NCBI RefSeq assembly: GCF_009914755.1 | Contig: NC_060946.1 | Length of the DNA stretch: 64,000 nucleotides | From: the human T2T-CHM13v2.0 reference genome, Homo sapiens | Strand: one strand, 5' to 3' | Part shown: positions 19,451-38,720 of the stretch, one piece after another | How positions within the stretch are numbered: the first letter of the stretch is position 1 | How the letters are laid out: every line of letters begins with the position of its first letter | Made by a program: the position numbers and the translations under genes | Notes under the pieces: generated by a model | The model's database searches: none | What the model was told of the DNA's origin: nothing | What the model saw: the letters and a program-made list of their open reading frames with translations, nothing else

Positions 19451-19635
19451 CAGTGCTTCGCAAAGTGTGATCCTGGGACCAGCAGAGCAGCAGCTCCTTT
19501 GAGCTTATTGGAATGGCAGACCCTCAGGTCCCACCTCTGACCTGCTGCATGGGAATTCTGGGGAGGGACGCAGAATCTCTGGTTCCACAGGCTCTCCGGT
19601 GATGCTAATGAATACCGGCATTTGAACAGCACCGA
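19451..19635. mobile_element. MER5A-like DNA transposon relic
   Basis: CAGTGCTTCGCAAAGTGTGATCCTGGGACCAGCAG...GGTGATGCTAATG...CAGCACCG. Confidence 0.65.
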
Positions 19636-19955
19636 TCTAGCCCCTTTCAGTCCATGAGCCAACAACCCTTGGTCCTGTCTGTGGTGACCCAGTGTGACTC
19701 TCATGGGGAGCAAGGAGAGGAAGTTGAAGTTCACTGACAGGGTTGTTAAGGGGATTATGCAATAGATGAGACCCATGGGCCTGAAGTCCGAGGGTGTATG
19801 TTAGTTCCCCGTTCTTTTGACCCATGGATTAACCTACTCTGTGCAAAGGGCATTTTCAAGTTTGTTGCCCTGCTCACTTGGAGAAAGCTTATGAAGGATC
19901 AGGAAAATTAAAAGGGTGCTCTCGCCTATAACTTCTCTCTCCTTTGCTTTCACAG

Positions 19956-20021
19956 GCCTTGGTATGTTCCTGCTTCATGCCTTTCTACAGTGGCCTTATC
20001 CCTCCTTCCTTCAGAGGCATG
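19956..20021 (+). CDS. PNPLA3: PNPLA3 coding exon 3 (codons 141-162; carries 148M and 162M)
   Basis: cacag|GCC TTG GTA TGT TCC TGC TTC ATG CCT...AGA GGC ATG|gtaagt; 66 nt; not shown in frame in the ORF track. Confidence 0.99.
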
Positions 20022-20264
20022 GTAAGTCGGCTTTCTCTGCTAGCGCTGAGTCCTGGGGGCCTCTGAAGTGTGCTCACACATCTCCTGCCTGCAGGGCACT
20101 GGTGTCAGGCACCTCAGGGTCTGTCCCATGGTGGAGCCCCATGCCTCACTGCCTTTCAGACAGAGTAGCCACAGCTGGCCCTATTTCCAGGCTACCCGGG
20201 CAGCAAAACTTACTGCATGTGTAATTAATTATTTGGCTATCTGTAAGGTAAACTGGCTGGTTCA

Positions 20265-21139
<875 letters not shown>

Positions 21140-22014
21140 TAAAATACTAGCCTTTTAGGGTAATTTTTGAACTCACAAGAGCAGCAGCGGAACCTTTGAT
21201 GCAATCCTGTATGTAGCACCAGCAGAGCCACGTGGCAGAGGGACTCACATTAGGAGCCTCCCATTACAGACTACGTGCTCCTGTGCGTTATCTTATAGGG
21301 TCCCCACAACCAAGGGGAGATGTGATTATTCATCCTGTGTGGCTGTGGGGAACTTGAGAGTCATACTTGCCCAAAGAGCACGGCCAGCGAGCTTGCACCC
21401 AGGTCACTCTCTGCTCCTCTGTCAGAACAGGGCATGTCTTGGTTCACTGCAGGGCGGCTCTTCTCATTCTCTGTAGTTTGGGGTCCAGGATAGTGGTCCA
21501 CGGAGCCACTGGAGTGCCCAGCCACTGAGTGACCAAAGCATATTTTGGATTTCCGACATTGCCACAGCATGGTTGGGCATCAGCAGGACCCCAACCCCTT
21601 GTTATGCTGGTGGCTTTATGTGGTTATTTGATCTTCCCCAGAACTCAGCAGGAGTGCACCCAGCAGCACCGTAGTGATGCTCTCTGGCTCCCCAGTGCAC
21701 GGTTCTGGCTTTCCTTCCTGGTCGAGAGTTTCAAGCCCTCTGGGTCCTACTCTGTCCTTTTCAGCCCATAGCTTTGTTCAAAAGCTGCTGGCAGTGTTCA
21801 GATTTGGCTGAGTTCAGTGAATATGTGCATTGGCTGATTTCTGAGCCATGCCAGGGGGATGGAGAAGCCGAAGCAGGAGTGTTTGTTCTGCAGGCTCTGG
21901 AGTAGGCATTGGGTCTGTGCCGGCTCACTTGCTAGTCTTGCATCCTTCCCTAACCCCCTCTGGGGATGTCTGGCCACATCAGAAGACAGTTTGGGTTGTC
22001 AGAACTGGGGGAGT

Positions 22015-25488
<3,474 letters not shown>

Positions 25489-25735
25489 AGGCTCTGGCCT
25501 GCTGGGGTGCCTGCAAAGTCTCCGTGGAAGGGTGACATTCAAGCCGAGACCTCCAGGGAACTGTCTCCTGGGAGCACAGAGCCCTTTGCTCAGCCCCCAG
25601 GTGGCTCAGTGCCCCCAGCCAGCAGACTCAGAGCTTGCATGATTCTTTGGTGCTCTCTGCGGTCTTCCAATGATGCTGAAATAAATGGTGCTTGGTGTCT
25701 CCCTGCTGTAGTCCCCTTGCTTGCTTTGCTCACAG

Positions 25736-25796
25736 GTGCTGGGAGAGATATGCCTTCGAGGATATTTGGATGCATTCAGGTTCTTGGAAGAGAAGG
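25736..25796 (+). CDS. PNPLA3: PNPLA3 coding exon 5
   Basis: cacag|GTG CTG GGA GAG...GAG AAG G|gtatgt; VLGEICLRGYLDAFRFLEEK; 61 nt. Confidence 0.98.
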
Positions 25797-28181
25797 GTAT
25801 GTATGGGCTGGGAGGATCAGCCATGCCCTTTTGACAAGCATTTACTAGCGGTCTTGGTAAAGACTTGAGATTTGCCTTAGTTCTAACACTTAGTGCCCAA
25901 CGCCTTCCTTGTGTTGCTCAACCTACTCATGAGCCCAGGAGATAGGAAATCTCCGTCCCATTGTACAGATGGGGAAACAGAATTTTGGAAAGGAGAGCCA
26001 AGCAGCACACACCCCTCCCTGAGGGGCAGAGCCGAGATTTGAACTGGGATGTCATGACTCCAGGGCCCTCTCCCTCCCCAGGGTCCCCTTATCTGAAGGC
26101 GGTTTTTCTTTCCAGCTCGACCTCTTGTGACCCTTAGTTTAACAAGGGCCGAAGTTAAAGAGTTTCTGCGCCTGGACCCCAAATGAAGCAATCAGATTTC
26201 TCATCTCCAGTCAGGTGTGGGTCCAAGCCCACTAGACAAGTTTGCTCTTCCCAGAGCACATTTCTGCCTTCAAGTCATCCTGGCTTGTCAGGGCTGGGGG
26301 AGTTCTGCTCTAGAAATATTAGAGTGGAAGGAAAAAGATGTGTTGGGAGCTATTTTTCTTTAATACTAAAAGTTGGTTGATGAATTTGTCGTTGGCCAAG
26401 ACCAAGGAGACTGCATTTTTAAGGACATATGTGTATTTATCTGCTCAGAAAATGTTCATTGCTGTGTGCTAGGGATACTGCAGTGAACACAGAGGTGTGA
26501 CCCTTGCCAGCCTTGTGAGAGAAGTGAGCAGATAAGTAAGCAGAAGGGTGATGCTGTGTCGATGGGAAAGTACAGGTGCCAATGAGAAGGCACAGGTGTC
26601 AAGGAGAAGACACAGGATGCTGGAGGCTCATGCAGGATGGATCTCCAAGGCCCAGGGGAAGAAGGGCCTCTCGGAGGACGTGAATCCACATTAAGACTTT
26701 GGGGATAAGTAGGAGCGCCTTAGGCATGGGGACCCATGGATGCGAGGCCTGTAGGACACAGAGAGGATGGCATGAAGGCCTGTGCAACTGGAGGGGTGGG
26801 GATGGGGACACTAAGAGATGGCTGGAAGTGTGGGGGTGGGGACACTAAGAGATGACTGGAGAAGAGGGGGTCAGGAGTGGTGAAAAATGGGAGAGGAGGG
26901 CAGGCTGGGCCTTTTGGATACAGGGGGATTGCATCCTGCAGTGGTAGGGAGCCACTGAGGGCTGCTGCAGTAGGAGTGAGGGGATCAGAGGAGAGCTTTG
27001 GAAGCCCCCTGGATGCGGGACAGGAAGGGAGATACCAGTGTCTAGGAGGCCAGTGAGGCAGCCAGAGGCTCCACCAGGATCAGGGCTGCGAGGGTCATGA
27101 GGAGGAAACCAATTTGAAGGAGTCCAGGGGAATAGGACTTGGAAATGACCGATGGGACATTTGGGAAGAGGAAGACAGAAGAGCGCAGTCCCAGCTTCTG
27201 GCTTTAGCAGTTGGGCAAGGGGAGATGGGGAGATGTGCCCATGGGTTGAGGGTTGAGGACATTAGGAGGGAGCCGGTATGGCAGGAAGAGCTGGTGTGCC
27301 AGAGATGCTGGAAGCAGCATCTGCCTGAGAACAGATACCTGGCAATATTCCTAAGGGAAAGTGACATCTCGGAGGGTGAGGAGGGCATCTGATAGGGCCT
27401 GGAAAGAGCCGGGGCAAGCATGAATGTGAGGTTATCTTGGGGGGCAAGGCTCAGGCGTTGAGGAGCAGCCCCTGGTCTCTTCAGCCTGAAGTTGGAAGCC
27501 AGAGTTGGGCCAGGTGCAGCTGTGGTTGTCTGAAGTCCCCCTCCCCCAGCCCAGTGTGCCAATGCTGTAAGAGCAAGGGCCGCTCACTGGTGCTGGTGGC
27601 TGAGTCCCAGCACCCAGGACAGGGCCTGGCACATACTGGTGCCCAATCCTCCCTTCTGGGTGCTTCTTCCAAGGCCTTGTGATGGAAGTGAGTACCCTCT
27701 TCGACATCAGACCCAGCTTCAAATCCCGGCTCTGCTATGTATCGGCTGCGTGGCTTTAGACAAGTCTTTTAACCTTGCTGTGCTTCTGATTTCTCAGCTG
27801 AAAAATGGAGATGATGATAATGGTTTCTGTAAGGCCTTATGGTGAAGCACCTAGCTCAGGGCCTGGAAGGCAGGTGTAACCAGTGGTTCAGTTGTTATAA
27901 ACGAACACTAACCCTCGCCTTTGCACCTCATGAATCCAGATATGTAGATGGAGCCCACAAAGCTAGCAGGAGCCAAGCTCACGTGTGTCCTGCTTTAAAG
28001 CCCCATACCCCTTTCTCCGGGTGACAAACACCTGTGCTCGTTCTCTTCCCTTCCCCTCTTCCCCTTGCATTTGGCTAATAACAGGCCAGCTGCCTGCCTC
28101 CCTGCAGTTTGGTAGATGGGTGGGTAATGACCACCACTCCCCACGTTCGCCTGATGGGCTTGTTTTCCGTGCCCTTCACAG

Positions 28182-28403
28182 GCATCTGCAACAGGCCCCA
28201 GCCAGGCCTGAAGTCATCCTCAGAAGGGATGGATCCTGAGGTCGCCATGCCCAGCTGGGCAAACATGAGTCTGGATTCTTCCCCGGAGTCGGCTGCCTTG
28301 GCTGTGAGGCTGGAGGGAGATGAGCTGCTAGACCACCTGCGTCTCAGCATCCTGCCCTGGGATGAGAGCATCCTGGACACCCTCTCGCCCAGGCTCGCTA
28401 CAG
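28182..28403 (+). CDS. PNPLA3: PNPLA3 coding exon 6
   Basis: cacag|GC ATC TGC...GCT ACA G|gtaccc; GICNRPQPG...SPRLAT; 222 nt. Confidence 0.98.
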
Positions 28404-28978
28404 GTACCCACTCCTCGGGGTGGGCACGGGCAGCACCTTGTTTTCTTTCTTGTGCATTATGGAGGAAGATGGTACTGCCACATGGGAGCGATAGGGTGAG
28501 GCAACCATGACAGGTGGTTGGGAACATCTCCTTCCATGTGTACAGCCTGGGCTGCTGCCATCACTCCCAGCACAGCCCCCAACCCCCCCAATCCTGGAAC
28601 CTTGCCAAGTCTCCCTTCCCGTGGGGTCATGACCAGGAGGAAAACAAACTCCAGCTGAGCCCCTTGGGGTTCCCCATATAGGCTCCTGCCTGTGGCAGCT
28701 GGGCCCTCTGTACCCCTTTCCAACTCTGTGTCCCTAACATGGCACCTGAGCTCCTGCCATCCTGGATTTCATGGACCCCAAGGATGGGGGTCCTGCATCT
28801 GGGACTTGGCCTATTACTCGGAGCTCCTTTTCAGCCGCCTCCCTCCACCTGTCCACCCACCTCAAGGCTCCTTTCTTGAGACCTCTCCTAATTTCTCCCT
28901 TCCCCTAAACCCACAATTTTGAACCTCCATCGAATGGTGCTGTAGTTTATAATGTCATCAAATATCAAATGGAGACAG

Positions 28979-29872
28979 TGCTATGGTCCAAATGATTGTG
29001 TACCCCCCAGAATTTGTCTTTTGAAATCCTAACCCCCAACATGATGGTCTTAGGAGGTGGGGCCTTTGGGAGGAGATTAGGTCATGAGGAAAGGGCTGTC
29101 ATGAATGGGATTGGTGCCCTTATTAAACAGACCCAAGAGAGGTCCCTTGTCCCTTCTACTGTGTGAGGACTCAGAAGGTGGTGTCTATGAAGAAGGAGGC
29201 CCTCACCAGACACCAACACGTCTGCTGCCCCTTGATCTGGGACCTTGCAGCCTCTAGAACTCTGAAAAATCGATGTTTGTTGTTTTATAAGCCACTCAGT
29301 TGGTGGCATTTTGTTAGAGTAGCCTGAACACGGACTAAGTCAAACAGAAGAACCCACAAACCAGCTACAGAGTTGGGCATTTGGAGAAATTCAAAAATGA
29401 GTCAGACATAACTCCTTATTCTTGAGGTGCCCTAAGAGATGGGACACAGCAGCTGCCCAGGTGCATTAGTTTGTTCTCACATTGCTATAAAGAAATACCT
29501 GAGACTGGGTAACTCATAAAGAAAGAGGTTGAATTGGCTCACAGTTGCACAGGCTGGACAGGAAGCATGGTGCTGGCATCTGCTCAGCTTCTGGGGAGGC
29601 CTCAGGAAACTTACAATCATGGCAGAAGGTGAACGGGAAGCATGCACATCCCATGACTGGAGCAGGAGTGAGAGAGAGAGGGAAATAGAGGGAAGGTGCC
29701 ATACACTTTTAAACAACCAGATCTCACGAGAACACACTCACTATCAAGAGAACAGCACCAGTGGGGAAATCCGCCCCCACGATCCAATCACCTCCCATCA
29801 GGCTCCGCCTCCAACACTGGGAATTACAATTTGACATGAGATGTGGGCAGGGACACAGATCCAAACCATATG
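28979..29872. mobile_element. MaLR LTRs in PNPLA3 intron 6: MLT1-like about 28979-29342 (+), MST-like about 29462-29872 (-)
   Basis: TGCTATGGTCC...GGACTAAG; minus copy with ATTGCTATAAAGAAATACCTGAGACTGGG...CAAACCATAT. Confidence 0.75.
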
Positions 29873-30046
29873 ACCAGATTAATACGATTTGAGGCATCAC
29901 GAGGTCATTAAAGAGAGGGAATAAAAGACTGGGGCTCCAGGAAGAAGGCTCTGGAATCCAGCAGAGGGTCAAGGACCAGCTTGTAAAGCTGGTGGTGCCT
30001 GAGAAGTACCTAGGAGAACATAGATGCTGTGACGTTTGATGTAGCT

Positions 30047-32301
<2,255 letters not shown>

Positions 32302-32417
32302 TCAAATCACATGAAAGTAGAACATAGGGAATTCCATCTTTCGTTCTAGGCATAGTTTGTTAATATGATTCAGAGCCAGCAGTTAGGAGAACACAGTGTG
32401 ACTCTCCTAGAACTTCT

Positions 32418-32462
32418 TGATTGGGCTTCCTCTGATTGGGTTTCCTCTGATTGGGCTTCCTC
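32418..32462. repeat. 15-bp unit x3, TGATTGGG(C/T)TTCCTC
   Basis: Read directly. Confidence 0.9.
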
Positions 32463-34900
32463 TGAAAGTGGGGGGGATGGGGGGTGGGGAGCAGAATGGT
32501 CAGAGCTTGGCTCAGCAGTCAGACTGCTCTTCTTCAAATCCTGGCTGCATTGCTTACTACAGCTGTGTGACTCCAGATGACTGAATCCACCTCTCTGTGC
32601 TGCAGCTTCCCGTCTAGAGAGATCACCTGGAGCAGAGGGTGGTCAGGAGACTCAATCTGGTTACTGACTCACAGTGCAGGAGTACTCATCCCATAGTAAG
32701 CATCCAGCTAGAGATGTTGATTTCTATTTTCAGGTAATAATGATGATCGTAAAATTAGAGACAGATAAAAGGTATGGGCATTAGACCAGGGCACTGCAAT
32801 TTCTAAGCTGTGTGACCTCAGGCAAGTTACTCGACTTCTCTGAGCCTCAGCGGTTTCATCCGCAATATATGGATAGGAAAACCGACCTCAGTGGGTTGTC
32901 TGACAGTGGAGGGCACTTGATTAAAAAAAAAAAAATTACCCTGGTCTGAATATTACCCTGGACTGAAAGAAAAATATTGAGCTAATACAGGCATCAGGAA
33001 TGGGGCTGCAGGGAGTCCAGGGAAGGGAGAACGAAGAGCCTGAAGGTGTGAGGAGGTGCGAGTGCTGATCTGTCTGCTACAAAGAGGCTGCTGAGCCTCC
33101 TGTGGATGTGGCCCTGGACTTGGCAGTTTAATACCTGAGCTGTTAAAATAACCTCAGATGCTGTGTTCTTTAAGGGGTAGGATTCAGATTCCTGCTGAAA
33201 TGCTTCTGAAAGGGAGGGAATGAGCCAGCCCATCCCCAGTTGCTTTTTAAGATCATTGGGAAGTTCTGGTCTTGCCATTTGTCCCTGGACCACTCTTAGG
33301 TCCTCCTGCCCCACTTCCATCTGGGTGTGTGCCCTGGGCTGTCCACCACACAGCTACATCCTGCCATCTTCCCTCCTGGAGCCACTGTGCCATGCATGGA
33401 TCTGTAGCTTCATTTTTCTTGGCTTTTCCCTGGTTTTTCTGGAGCAGAGTCTCTAGTAAACTCCCAAGGAAGAAAACGTTTGACTTTATGTGTGTTGGGA
33501 AACGTGCTTTTTTTCTATTACATCTCAGTGATAGGTTGGCCATGTCTAGAATTGCAGGTTGAAAATCATTTCCTCTCAGTATATTGGTTAGTGAGAAGCC
33601 TGGGACTGAGACAGTCACATTCTCACTTCTTTGCAGGTGAGTGCTCTTAGGACTGTCTTTTTATCCCTTATACTCTGAAATGTCATATGTCTTGGTGTAA
33701 GTCCTTATTTCAGTTATTGAGCTGGACAAGTACTGGAGACCCCTTCAGTCAAAGCCTTCTGTCATTCTCCAGCTCTAGGAAATTATCTTCTATTGTTATT
33801 TCTGTTATTCCTTCCCTTCCATTTTCTTTTTTCTTTTTTTTTTTTTTTTTTTTTTGAGACAGGGTCTTACTCTGGTGCCCAGGCTGGAATGCAGTGACCT
33901 GATCATGGTACACTGCAGCCTGAACCTCCCAGACTCAAGTGATCCTCCCACCTCAACCTCCTAAGTAGCTGGGACTGCAAGCACACATCACCACACCCAA
34001 CAAATATTTTTTAAAAATTTTGTAAGATGGGATCTTACTATGTTGCCCAGACTTTTTCTTCCTCTTCCTGGGGCTCTTATTAGGAAGATGTTTGACTTCC
34101 TGGGTTGGATTCCTGTCTCCGTGTCTGACTTTCTCTCTTTGTCATATTTTTCATCACTCGTTGTCTTTTTGCGTCTGCTCTGACAGATTTCCTCAAATTT
34201 TGTCTTCTAGTCCTATCCTACAGTTTTTACTTTCAGCAAATATAATTTAATCTCCAAGAGTACTCTCTTGTTCTTTTTTCTTAGCATTCTGTTCTTGTTT
34301 TATGGATGTAACATTCTCTTGGAATATTTGCTGTCCTCTAGATCATCCCTTCTCCATTTCTTCTTGGGCTAGTTTTTCTGTTTCTTCATCTTTCTCTTTT
34401 ATGCTACTTATTCTGGGCGTGTTCTTGGTGGGTTTTTTCCCATATAGCAACAGAGGACTTGGAGCTCAGGGAGAAAAGGGTAGGTGCATCACCTGGCAGA
34501 GCTCCCAAACAGTGACAGGCAGGCTGCGGGAAGGATGTCTACTTGGCGGTGCTACCGCTTTCCTAGAAACCCTTTCCCTGGAGCTGGTTGAACTGTTGGG
34601 TTTTGCCCTGGTGGTGAACGCTGGCTCCCCGTGCTCTGCCTGTTTCATCACCAGCCCCCTCCCCTTCTGCCTGGGGTCCAGTAATCTGTTGAAATATATA
34701 TCTTGCTCATTGGTGAGCTCCTGCTCCTTCCTCGTTGCTCTTGCAGATTTATCACTTCTCGTAAGGCTGCGCTTGTACTTGGGGATTTTCTCTGTGCCAC
34801 ACTGGGAAACATAGGGTGGTTGCATGCTGCAGTCCTGAGCACTTATTTCACTCACATCTTTACACGAAGATTTGGTGGGTGTTTACTTTGTTTTTAGTAA

Positions 34901-35157
<257 letters not shown>

Positions 35158-35825
35158 TGACCTGCCTGCCTTGGCCTCCCAAAGTGCTGGGATTACAGGT
35201 GTGAGCCACCACACCTGGCCCTGATTAATCTTTTAATGCCCAGTCTCTCCTTCAAAAGCCGGCTCCTTTCTCTCCCTCGCCTTCCTAGATTCCTTCTCCA
35301 CTCCCCAGGATCAGCCTCCTCCTCCCCACCCCACCACTGCTGGGGGGATGTCTGTGGTCAGGCATTTATCAGAGACCCTGAGGTGGGGGTCCTTTATGTG
35401 TCTGGGGGATGGAGAGTCTAGAGGAGGTAGCGTTCAGACCTCTCCATGGTGCCTCTGCTGGGCTCACATGTGACCAAGCACAGCAAACCATGAGGCAGGG
35501 GATGGTCTTGACCATGAGAGCCCTTGCAGCAGCTGCCATGGGCCTCAGCTCCTCTCCAAGCTGGGAAGAGCCCTGAAAAGCCAAGGTGTTTTTTTTTCCC
35601 TCTTTATTTCAGTGTAAGTCCCTTGAGCTTTCTTGAACCAGAAGTGGGCTCATTTTGCTTTAGAGATTTCAGGTGGGCTTGTCCTTGTCCTAGCATCCCA
35701 GATCCACCTTCTGGGAAGTCATCAGATTGGAGGTGATGTTGGCAGCTTTTGTAAACAAAGGGTAGTGTTGTAAGCTGTTGTGTCTGCCTATGTGTGTGTT
35801 TGTGTACTTGGTCTCATCTCTGCAG

Positions 35826-35930
35826 ACTGGTGACATGGCTTCCAGATATGCCCGACGATGTCCTGTGGTTGCAGTGGGTGACCTCACAGGTGTTCACTCG
35901 AGTGCTGATGTGTCTGCTCCCCGCCTCCAG
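35826..35930 (+). CDS. PNPLA3: PNPLA3 coding exon 8
   Basis: tgcag|A CTG GTG ACA TGG...TCC AG|gtaaat; LVTWLPDMPDDVLWLQWVTSQVFTRVLMCLLPASR; 105 nt. Confidence 0.98.
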
Positions 35931-37288
35931 GTAAATACTTTGGCTGTGGGTGTGTGGGCCGGACGGGCACCTCTCTCATCTGATGAGGCCTCACACGACA
36001 TTCTAGAAACAGCTGGCTGAACACCAAGCAAGGAGCTTGCCCTTGGGTGTGGGGACCCTGTCTCATGGGAGGCAGCTGAGTCAGTCAGAGGTCCTGGCAC
36101 ACCTGCTGAGAGCTGCCACCCAGGCCAACCTGAACCGGAGCCTGGGAAGACTTCCCGTTGGATGAGTCTCTTTGAGGGCAGCATTGATGGTGGAAGAGCA
36201 GAGAGGCCCCAGATAAGCAGGGAAAGGTGCTTCAGACAGAGTGGCTGGGATGAGGACTGGGGAGTGTCAGATAGCGCTGGCGTGTCTGAGCGAAGGAGCT
36301 CTGGCACCCATGGCACAGGAAGGAGGTGGGACCCTGGAGGGGCAGGGCTAGCAGAGCTCCTCGGAGCGTGTGGCTAGGTGCCTGGTAATGCAAGCCCCCT
36401 GTCCTCCACCCTCTGTTGTACTGAGTCACAGTCTCCGGGGTGAAGCCCAGCAGTCTGCGTTGACAGGCCCCAGGGGATGCCGCTACTTCCTGAATTCTGA
36501 ATTCTGGAAACTGAGCCGGAGTTCAGGGCCTGGCTCCCATTACCAGGGTTGGACGTTATCCTGAAAATCATAGGCCTTGGTTTCCTCACTTGGCTAACAG
36601 GGGTGATCCCCATCCCCTCAATGGGTTTCCGTGAGCTCCTGAGAGCCCGTAGCATGGTACTTGGCACATGCTGGGCATCAGGAGGTATGGCCTCTCTTGC
36701 TATTGTTGTTATTGGTAGACACAGAAGGATTTAAAAGTAGGGGAATGCAAAGATCCGATTTGCTAGGGAAGAGGGCAGTAGTGGCCAAGTAGAGGGTGGA
36801 TCCTGGGCCCTGGCTGGCAGCAGGCAGCAAGGGGGGCTGCCAGGGCCCAGGCAGGGACGACCTGTAGACCGAGAGGCTTCCTAAGGCTCTTGGACAGGAG
36901 GAGGTGTCGGTTCCAAGCCTGAGGAGCGGGGCAGCCCTGGTGACTGGTGGTCAGTGGTGCCAGGCGGTGGGTGGTAGGACACCCTGGCAGGCAAGTAGGT
37001 TTGTGTGGGGGAAACTGATAGGCCCCTCCAGGGATTCGTTGGTGGACAACACCTGTGATGTCCAGTGGGAGGTGTCCAGGTAGCTGGGAGGGCCACAGGC
37101 TTGGAAGACCTAGGTGGTGACATCAGCCCAGCACTGAGGGCTAGAAGAAGCTGTGTCTCTGGCTGTGACGGCACCCTAGAGTGTGTGTGGTGCCCTCTAC
37201 TGGCCGGCAATGTGGGTCCACCGTAGCTCAGACTGCACACTGCAGCAGCGGGAACGGCCTCTAAGCCAACTTCCTCCATGTGTTTCAG

Positions 37289-37517
37289 GTCCCAAATGCC
37301 AGTGAGCAGCCAACAGGCCTCCCCATGCACACCTGAGCAGGACTGGCCCTGCTGGACTCCCTGCTCCCCCGAGGGCTGTCCAGCAGAGACCAAAGCAGAG
37401 GCCACCCCGCGGTCCATCCTCAGGTCCAGCCTGAACTTCTTCTTGGGCAATAAAGTACCTGCTGGTGCTGAGGGGCTCTCCACCTTTCCCAGTTTTTCAC
37501 TAGAGAAGAGTCTGTGA
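37289..37517 (+). CDS. PNPLA3: PNPLA3 coding exon 9 (C-terminus, 434E allele, stop TGA)
   Basis: tttcag|G TCC CAA ATG...EKSL TGA; 229 nt; all exons sum to 1446 nt = 481 aa + stop. Confidence 0.99.
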
Positions 37518-38720
37518 GTCACTTGAGGAGGCGAGTCTAGCAGATTCTTTCAGAGGTGCTAAAGTTTCCCATCTTTGTGCAGCTACCTCCGCATTGCTGT
37601 GTAGTGACCCCTGCCTGTGACGTGGAGGATCCCAGCCTCTGAGCTGAGTTGGTTTTATGAAAAGCTAGGAAGCAACCTTTCGCCTGTGCAGCGGTCCAGC
37701 ACTTAACTCTAATACATCAGCATGCGTTAATTCAGCTGGTTGGGAAATGACACCAGGAAGCCCAGTGCAGAGGGTCCCTTACTGACTGTTTCGTGGCCCT
37801 ATTAATGGTCAGACTGTTCCAGCATGAGGTTCTTAGAATGACAGGTGTTTGGATGGGTGGGGGCCTTGTGATGGGGGGTAGGCTGGCCCATGTGTGATCT
37901 TGTGGGGTGGAGGGAAGAGAATAGCATGATCCCACTTCCCCATGCTGTGGGAAGGGGTGCAGTTCGTCCCCAAGAACGACACTGCCTGTCAGGTGGTCTG
38001 CAAAGATGATAACCTTGACTACTAAAAACGTCTCCATGGCGGGGGTAACAAGATGATAATCTACTTAATTTTAGAACACCTTTTTCACCTAACTAAAATA
38101 ATGTTTAAAGAGTTTTGTATAAAAATGTAAGGAAGCGTTGTTACCTGTTGAATTTTGTATTATGTGAATCAGTGAGATGTTAGTAGAATAAGCCTTAAAA
38201 AAAAAAAAAAATCGGTTGGGTGCAGCGGCACACGGCTGTAATCCCAGCACTTTGGGAGGCCAAGGTTGGCAGATCACCTGAGGTCAGGAGTTCAAGACCA
38301 GTCTGGCCAACATAGCAAAACCCTGTCTCTACTAAAAATACAAAAATTATCTGGGCATGGTGGTGCATGCCTGTAATCCCAGCTATTCGGAAGGCTGAGG
38401 CAGGAGAGTCACTTGAACCCAGGAGGCGGAGGTTGCGGTGAGCTGAGATTGCACCATTTCATTCCAGCCTGGGCAACATGAGTGAAAGTCTGACTCAAAA
38501 AAAAAAAAAATTTAAAAAACAAAATAATCTAGTGTGCAGGGCATTCACCTCAGCCCCCCAGGCAGGAGCCAAGCACAGCAGGAGCTTCCGCCTCCTCTCC
38601 ACTGGAGCACACAACTTGAACCTGGCTTATTTTCTGCAGGGACCAGCCCCACATGGTCAGTGAGTTTCTCCCCATGTGTGGCGATGAGAGAGTGTAGAAA
38701 TAAAGACACAAGACAAAGAG
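37518..38720 (+). other. PNPLA3: PNPLA3 3' UTR (contains a sense Alu; probable end just after AATAAA 38699-38704)
   Basis: Follows the stop codon; first canonical AATAAA is at 38699; the end coordinate is inferred. Confidence 0.7.
38213..38510 (+). mobile_element. AluS in the PNPLA3 3' UTR
   Basis: Alu consensus; A-tracts on both sides. Confidence 0.92.

Noticed and set aside
36881-37522. 213-aa antisense ORF over PNPLA3 exon 9
   Set aside because: Non-ATG start, GC-rich shadow of the coding strand, no recognisable domain.
38197-38211. A15 run as the PNPLA3 polyA site
   Set aside because: Genomically encoded A-tract preceded only by variant hexamers; likely an oligo-dT internal priming site, although a minor true site cannot be excluded.
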